In this document: piece by piece, positions 41,608 through 42,691 of the stretch | Numbering within the stretch: position 1 is the stretch's first letter | Layout: the number at the start of each line of letters is the position of its first letter | Assembly (NCBI GenBank): GCA_030167865.1 | Contig: JALAGF010006564.1 | Span: 1-42,691, forward strand | Source: Craspedostauros australis | Taxonomy: Eukaryota | DNA length: 42,691 nucleotides | Reading direction: 5' to 3' | Notes under the pieces: generated by a model | Database searches by the model: none | What the model was told of the DNA's origin: nothing | Seen by the model: only the letters and a program-made list of their open reading frames with translations | Made by a program: the position numbers and the translations under genes

Positions 41608-42691
41608 TACGCGCAATTTCAGGTGAATGCGAGACACCGGTAGGCGCTCCACGTGGAGAGGTGTCTTCGCTTGCCCAAGCCTACCAACACGGGTGCCCAT
41701 CCAAGTTGGTGCCCATTGTGGCTCATGACGAGCTCCAGGTTTTTGCGGTCGTGTCCTCGCCATGTGGCCAACGTGCATGGCGGCGTCAGGACAACGGCCA
41801 GTGCGACCCTGGGGCCAATGTTTCCGCCACGCCCCACCTACGACTGCTGCGGGAATACGGCACTTTTGCGACGCCAGTGTTGCTGGAAGCTGCCAATGCG
41901 TCGGCTCCGGCCATGGCATGTCCAGGTGCGGGATTCATGCGGCTGCATGGCTCTGATGGAGTACATGTGGACGTGAGAATGCTGCACTGCCCACACCTGG
42001 CGGACACCCTGATATCACCCCAAGCAGTCGTTCGTCAAACCGACAATGACTTTCACGGCTTCTGCGTCGAGTCCGAACCCCACGGTGCCAAAGTCGTGTT
42101 CACGTCGGAGGCTGGCCGTGTGGAGATACCTTTGGTGGTTCGTAACGGGCTCTATTACTTCGAAGGACCATCTCACCAAGTGTTCTCCGTCCGCAAGGCG
42201 TCCAAGGCTCTTGTGTCCGAGCTGTGGCATCTTCGGCTGGGACATGTTGGCATGAGCCAGCTCCGACACCTGACCAAGTGTGCCACTGGCATTCCTGATG
42301 CGGCAGTCGCCGGAGTGCATCCATTGCGGCATTGCGACGCGTGCAGCCAGGCTGGATACCAACATGCGGCACGTGGGCCCAACGATACTACCACAGCCAA
42401 CGTGCGCGGTGCCAGGTTCCATGTTGACTTCGGGTTCATGCGAGCCACGAACGCTGCGTATGGACGCGGGAAGTCAGGCCACAATACGCCACGAGTGGTG
42501 AAGTCCATCGATGGATACTGCGCTTATCTGCTCGTTGTGGATGCCTTCACTGCTTACGTGTGGGTTTTCATGACCAAGGACAAGTCGCCACCACTTGCGG
42601 CTGTTCGGCATGTGCTTTCGTCCTTTGGGCGCTCCGACGGCTATCGTGCCGTGCGCGTCGACTTGGGCGGCGAACTTGCAAGGTCAGATCA
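41559..42691 (+). CDS. pol: Retrotransposon Pol (protease, GAG-pre-integrase, integrase), -1 frame relative to gag, partial; absent from the ORF track
   Basis: Manual translation has no stop to the window end: GQCDPGANVSAT, TLISPQ, IPLVVRNGLYY, LWHLRLGHVG, HCDAC, FHVDFGFM, SIDGYCAYLLVVD, VRVDLGGEL. Confidence 0.9.

Larger units (their letters stand above)
39612..42691 (+). mobile_element. Ty1/copia LTR retrotransposon (CoDi-like), 5' portion, runs off the window
   Basis: Putative LTR, PBS, gag with zinc knuckle, then protease directly followed by integrase (copia domain order). Confidence 0.92.

Overview
Eukaryotic nuclear DNA, most likely from a diatom (short GT-AG introns, an ASAFAP-type plastid targeting signal, diatom-type SET, LRR and DUF6824 genes, a CoDi-like Ty1/copia element); the species cannot be determined. 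Bases 1-29.8 kb are gene-dense: a putatively secreted double-SET protein, an organellar glycyl-tRNA synthetase, RPS14, the UAP56/SUB2 helicase, a PH-domain PI4-kinase, an orphan 5-TM protein, a PLAC8 protein and two divergently transcribed single-pass LRR proteins. Bases 29.9-42.7 kb are repeat- and gap-rich: a CpG-eroded DD39D mariner relic, a seipin pseudogene, a CRAL-TRIO-like/DUF6824 gene, two gap-flanking duplications and the 5' part of an apparently young Ty1/copia retrotransposon. Best candidate for an undescribed system: a ~1700-aa type II membrane protein joining an N-terminal Costars/ABRACL actin-regulatory domain to a C-terminal LRR ectodomain, head-to-head with a second LRR protein that ends in a convertase-type site plus an 8-Cys peptide. 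Other highlights are a complete -1 frameshift signal (G GAT TTT plus hairpin) joining gag to a pol frame missing from the ORF track, and a long UAP56 intron containing a stop-introducing alternative acceptor. All domain calls were made by eye from motifs; no database search was run.
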